Part shown: piece after piece, positions 62,490 through 64,000 of the stretch
Layout: each line of letters opens with the position of its first letter
Position numbering within the stretch: position 1 is the first letter of the stretch
Assembly (NCBI GenBank): GCA_963807945.1
Contig: CAWEDT010000005.1
Span: 20,624-84,623 of the forward strand
Length of the DNA stretch: 64,000 nucleotides
Reading direction: 5' to 3'
Origin: an uncultured Actinomycetes bacterium
GTDB taxonomy: Bacteria > Actinomycetota > Acidimicrobiia > IMCC26256 > PALSA-610
Notes under the pieces: model-generated
The model's input: the letters and a program-made list of their open reading frames with translations, nothing else
Database searches by the model: none
What the model was told of the DNA's origin: nothing
Program-made: the position numbers and the translations under genes

Positions 62490-63287
62490 GTGGACCCGCG
62501 TGAGCGATTCGTCGCGGCCGTCAACCAACCTTCCGCCGAGCTGCCGCTCGACATCGCCGCGCTGTGCATTGCCGCGCACGCGCACCCCGGTCTCGATGTA
62601 GACGAGTGGAGCACGCGTCTCGACGATCTCGCGACGCGCTCCGATGCGACCGACTTCGAGGCGCTCGCGGCGTTCCTGTTCGAGCGTGAATGCTTCGCCG
62701 GCAACATCGATCACTACGACGATCCCGAGAACTCGTTCCTCGACTCCGTGATCGATCGTCACCTCGGGATCCCGATCACGCTCTCGGTGCTCATGATCGC
62801 GGTCGGACGACGGCTGGGTATCGACGTACGCGGCGTCGGGATGCCCGGCCATTTCCTGGTGCTCGACGGCGCGCGCGGCGACGTGTGGTGCGATCCGTTT
62901 CACGGCGGCGCCTGCCTCGACGCGAATGGATGCCGACGCCGCTTCGACCTCGTCTACGGCGGGGCGATGCCGTTTCAGCCCGGCTTTCTCGCACCCACTG
63001 CGCCGCACGCGATCGTGGCGCGCATGCTCGCGAACCTCGAGCGCAGCAAACTTGCCGCCGACCCGGTGCAACGCGCGTGGATGTGCGGCCTTCACCTCGA
63101 CATCCCCGGCATCACGGCGGAGGAACGCCTCCTGCTCGCCGACCAGCTCGCGGCGACCGGCGACGTGATGCGCGCCGCGCGCGAGCTCGATGGTCTCGCC
63201 GACGAAGCCGACACCGACCGCGCGGATCCCGACCTCGCCCAGCGCTTACGGACGCGGGTCCGGGCGCTGCGCGCGGGCATGAACTGA
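62490..63287 (+). CDS. SirB1-family transglutaminase-like protein
   Basis: YDDPENSFLDSVI..GIPITLSV, GVGMPGHFL, DPF.GG, RMLANL. Confidence 0.88.
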   Translation: MDPRERFVAAVNQPSAELPLDIAALCIAAHAHPGLDVDEWSTRLDDLATRSDATDFEALAAFLFERECFAGNIDHYDDPENSFLDSVIDRHLGIPITLSVLMIAVGRRLGIDVRGVGMPGHFLVLDGARGDVWCDPFHGGACLDANGCRRRFDLVYGGAMPFQPGFLAPTAPHAIVARMLANLERSKLAADPVQRAWMCGLHLDIPGITAEERLLLADQLAATGDVMRAARELDGLADEADTDRADPDLAQRLRTRVRALRAGMN

Positions 63288-63307
63288 CCATTTCGGAAAT
63301 CAGGACG

Positions 63308-63937
63308 ATGCCGGATCTCACGACCATGCCGATGTTCCCGCTCGGCACTGTTCTCTTCCCGCATGCGCTGCTGCCGTTGCACGTGTTCGAGCCGCGTTAC
63401 CGGCTCATGACACAACAGGTGCTGCGCGGCGACGGTGAGTTCGGAGTGGTGCTGATCGAGCGGGGCAGCGAAGTGGGTGGCGGAGATACGCGCTTCGGAG
63501 TCGGCACCGTCGCTCGGATCGTGCAGGCGCAAGAGCTCCCCGATGGCGGTTACGCGCTGGCGACGGTCGGCATGCGCCGCATCGAGATCAACCGGTGGTT
63601 GCCCGACGATCCGTTTCCGCAGGCCGAGGTCGTCGAGCTCGAAGACCTCGCATCGGATGCCGACGGGGCGCGCCGCGCCCGAGTGTTGAGCGCGTTCAGT
63701 GCGGTGTGCGACCTCCACCGCCACATCGATCCGCGCCTGCCCGAGATGCCGGAGTTCGACGCCGCACCGGCGCAGGCCTCATATGAGATCGCCGCGCTCG
63801 CGCCGATCGGCCCGCTCGACGCGCAACGGGTGTTGGAAGCGGCGACGACCGGCGATCGGCTCGACCTCCTCACCGAGCTCCTCGACGACCACGCCCGCAT
63901 GCTGCGCGCCTCGATCCCACCTGACCCATCGGGCTGA
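63308..63937 (+). CDS. Lon peptidase substrate-binding (LonN) domain protein
   Basis: PMFPLGTVLFP..LPLHVFEPRYR, FGVVLIERGSEVGGG, VGTVARI. Confidence 0.9.
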   Translation: MPDLTTMPMFPLGTVLFPHALLPLHVFEPRYRLMTQQVLRGDGEFGVVLIERGSEVGGGDTRFGVGTVARIVQAQELPDGGYALATVGMRRIEINRWLPDDPFPQAEVVELEDLASDADGARRARVLSAFSAVCDLHRHIDPRLPEMPEFDAAPAQASYEIAALAPIGPLDAQRVLEAATTGDRLDLLTELLDDHARMLRASIPPDPSG

Positions 63938-64000
63938 TTGAAGCGGCGCCCGGCTGGATACGCTTCCCGCCATGACGCAGAACTTCGACGACGACGCGGC

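Noticed and set aside
141-63973. Many long Arg/Pro-rich ORFs antisense to or overlapping the genes
   Set aside because: Typical shadow ORFs of high-GC DNA with no recognisable domains.

Overview
High-GC actinobacterial window, with gene content suggesting Acidimicrobiia (inference, no marker gene present). Many genes carry single-base indels that look like long-read or assembly errors. About 1-43 kb is a flagellar supercluster: fliK-like (cut at the left edge), fliJ/I/H/G/F/E, flgC/B, fliS, a long fliD, two tandem 407-aa flagellins, a FliA/WhiG sigma factor, an atypical NarL-type regulator, flgN/K/L, fliW and csrA. Woven into it is a complete pseudaminic-acid pathway (pseB, pseC, pseG, pseF-pseH fusion, pseI), an acetamidino-modification triad (WbuX/PseA-like, HisH-like, HisF-like) and a TPR plus GT-B protein resembling the FlmG/FlbA flagellin glycosyltransferases. 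An ~12 kb block of unrelated genes splits the glycosylation genes into two halves. Sigma-28-type promoters (YTCA-N15-17-GCCGAW) precede early genes, late genes, glycosylation genes and one uncharacterised secreted protein. CsrA-type GGA hairpins lie in both flagellin leaders and in the flgB leader. No flgM or rsiG is visible. The right third holds an aminotransferase/aldehyde dehydrogenase pair, a PAS-GGDEF-EAL protein, several SDR/LLM/HAD enzymes, an Rpf-like transglycosylase, an ECF sigma/anti-sigma pair with a duplicated CxxC domain, and map beside a SET-SirB1-LonN operon. No rRNA, tRNA, CRISPR array or transposase was recognised.
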